From Octopus sinensis (lineage: Eukaryota), in the NCBI RefSeq assembly GCF_006345805.1, contig NW_021836811.1, positions 1-37,134 on the forward strand: a stretch of 37,134 bases of DNA. The letters are read 5' to 3'. Shown in pieces: positions 36,375 through 37,134 of this stretch. The translations under genes were made by a program, and so were the position numbers. The notes below the pieces were generated by a model, which was not told the DNA's origin, made no database searches, and saw only the letters and a program-made list of their open reading frames with translations. Positions within the stretch are counted from its first letter, which is position 1. Every line of letters begins with the position of its first letter.

Positions 36375-37010
36375 GTTACGTAGACAGGAAAAAGGGCTCC
36401 GCTTCAAAAAACCATAAAACCAGCATGTATGTATGTGTGCCTGTATGAGAGTAAGCTAAAGGAGAACGACCTCCACATAAACAAAAAAGAGGGTATAAGG
36501 ACTTGCTGAAGGCTTCCTTAAGAGATGCTTGCATCTCTCCTGACACATGGGAGGCATAGCTATTGATCGTAGCAGGTGGAGAAGGATTGTGCACGAGGGG
36601 ACAGCTACTTTTGAGAAATCTCGAGTTGCGTATGAGAAAGTAAGGAGGGATGTCAGGAAGGGCATTGCTGTTACACTTCCAGGTGGGAAGGGTCTTCCTA
36701 TGATGCTGACATGCAGTGTCTGTGCAAGACCCTGCCTCAGTCATTTTCGTAGTCATAAAGCGAGACAGATGAGTGACAACCTGGCCACTGGTGGTGGTGT
36801 TACACACCATATTAATCATATCTATCATGCATATAGAAGAGAGTGTAATTAAGCAGGAGGACTTAAACGACATGCAAAGGTACATGAAGCCCAGTTACAA
36901 CTATAGCCGGCTATTACCAGTAAAAGTTTTAGCTGCCAATTCTGTACCAGACATTGTAGAGCTTTAGCTGGGCTAAAAAGTCACATTCGATCACAGCACC
37001 AATACGAGTT
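36375..37010 (+). pseudogene. RTE-clade LINE ORF2 C-terminal remnant
   Basis: LYESKL...KRGYKDLLKASLRDACISPDTWE/(frameshift)AIDRSRWRRIVHEG..TFEKSR..YEKVRR.VRK matches the RTE/BovB-type post-RT region and is followed by CxxC...H...H fingers. One frameshift and in-frame stops are present. Confidence 0.85.
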
Positions 37011-37014
37011 AAGT

Positions 37015-37134
37015 TTCGTTCAAATCCACTTAAAAGGCTTTGGTTGGCCCAAGACTATAGAAGAAGACACTTGCCCAAGGTGCCACGCAGTGGGACTGAA
37101 CCCGGAACCATGTGGTTCGTAAGCAAGCTATTTA
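37015..37134 (-). mobile_element. SINE family B, 5' part (truncated by window end)
   Basis: AAGACACTTGCCCAAGGTGCCACGCAGTGGGACTGAACCCGGAACCATGTGGTT. Confidence 0.9.

Overview
AT-rich eukaryotic non-coding DNA, either a long intron or intergenic, saturated with microsatellites and interspersed repeats. The SINE families look like those I associate with Octopus genomes; this is recognition from memory, not a database hit. No intact protein-coding gene is supported, and almost all ORFs in the track are translated microsatellites. Decayed mobile elements include three tRNA-derived SINE families (about 25 copies or fragments), a mariner pseudogene, two internally deleted mariner/MITE elements, a DD37D (maT) transposase remnant and an RTE-type LINE 3' end. 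The main signal is at RNA-structure level: several unrelated short repeats carry type I hammerhead ribozyme (HHR) folds with non-canonical catalytic cores. (1) A 294-bp tandem unit (15038-15453) contains an HHR with a long stem I, a Schistosoma-type CAAAUA loop II and UAC/U bulge, and a compensatory U3:A8 pair in place of C3:G8. (2) A fold-back element (24988-25238) carries two divergent minimal HHRs with the swapped G3:C8 pair. (3) One minimal HHR has U4C (13863-13918). (4) A four-copy repeat family has HHR-like motifs altered at A6. These sit in two clusters (about 13.8-15.5 kb and 24.6-25.8 kb) and resemble retrozyme or Penelope-like retroelements. Activity is untested. Several other long fold-back structures are also present.
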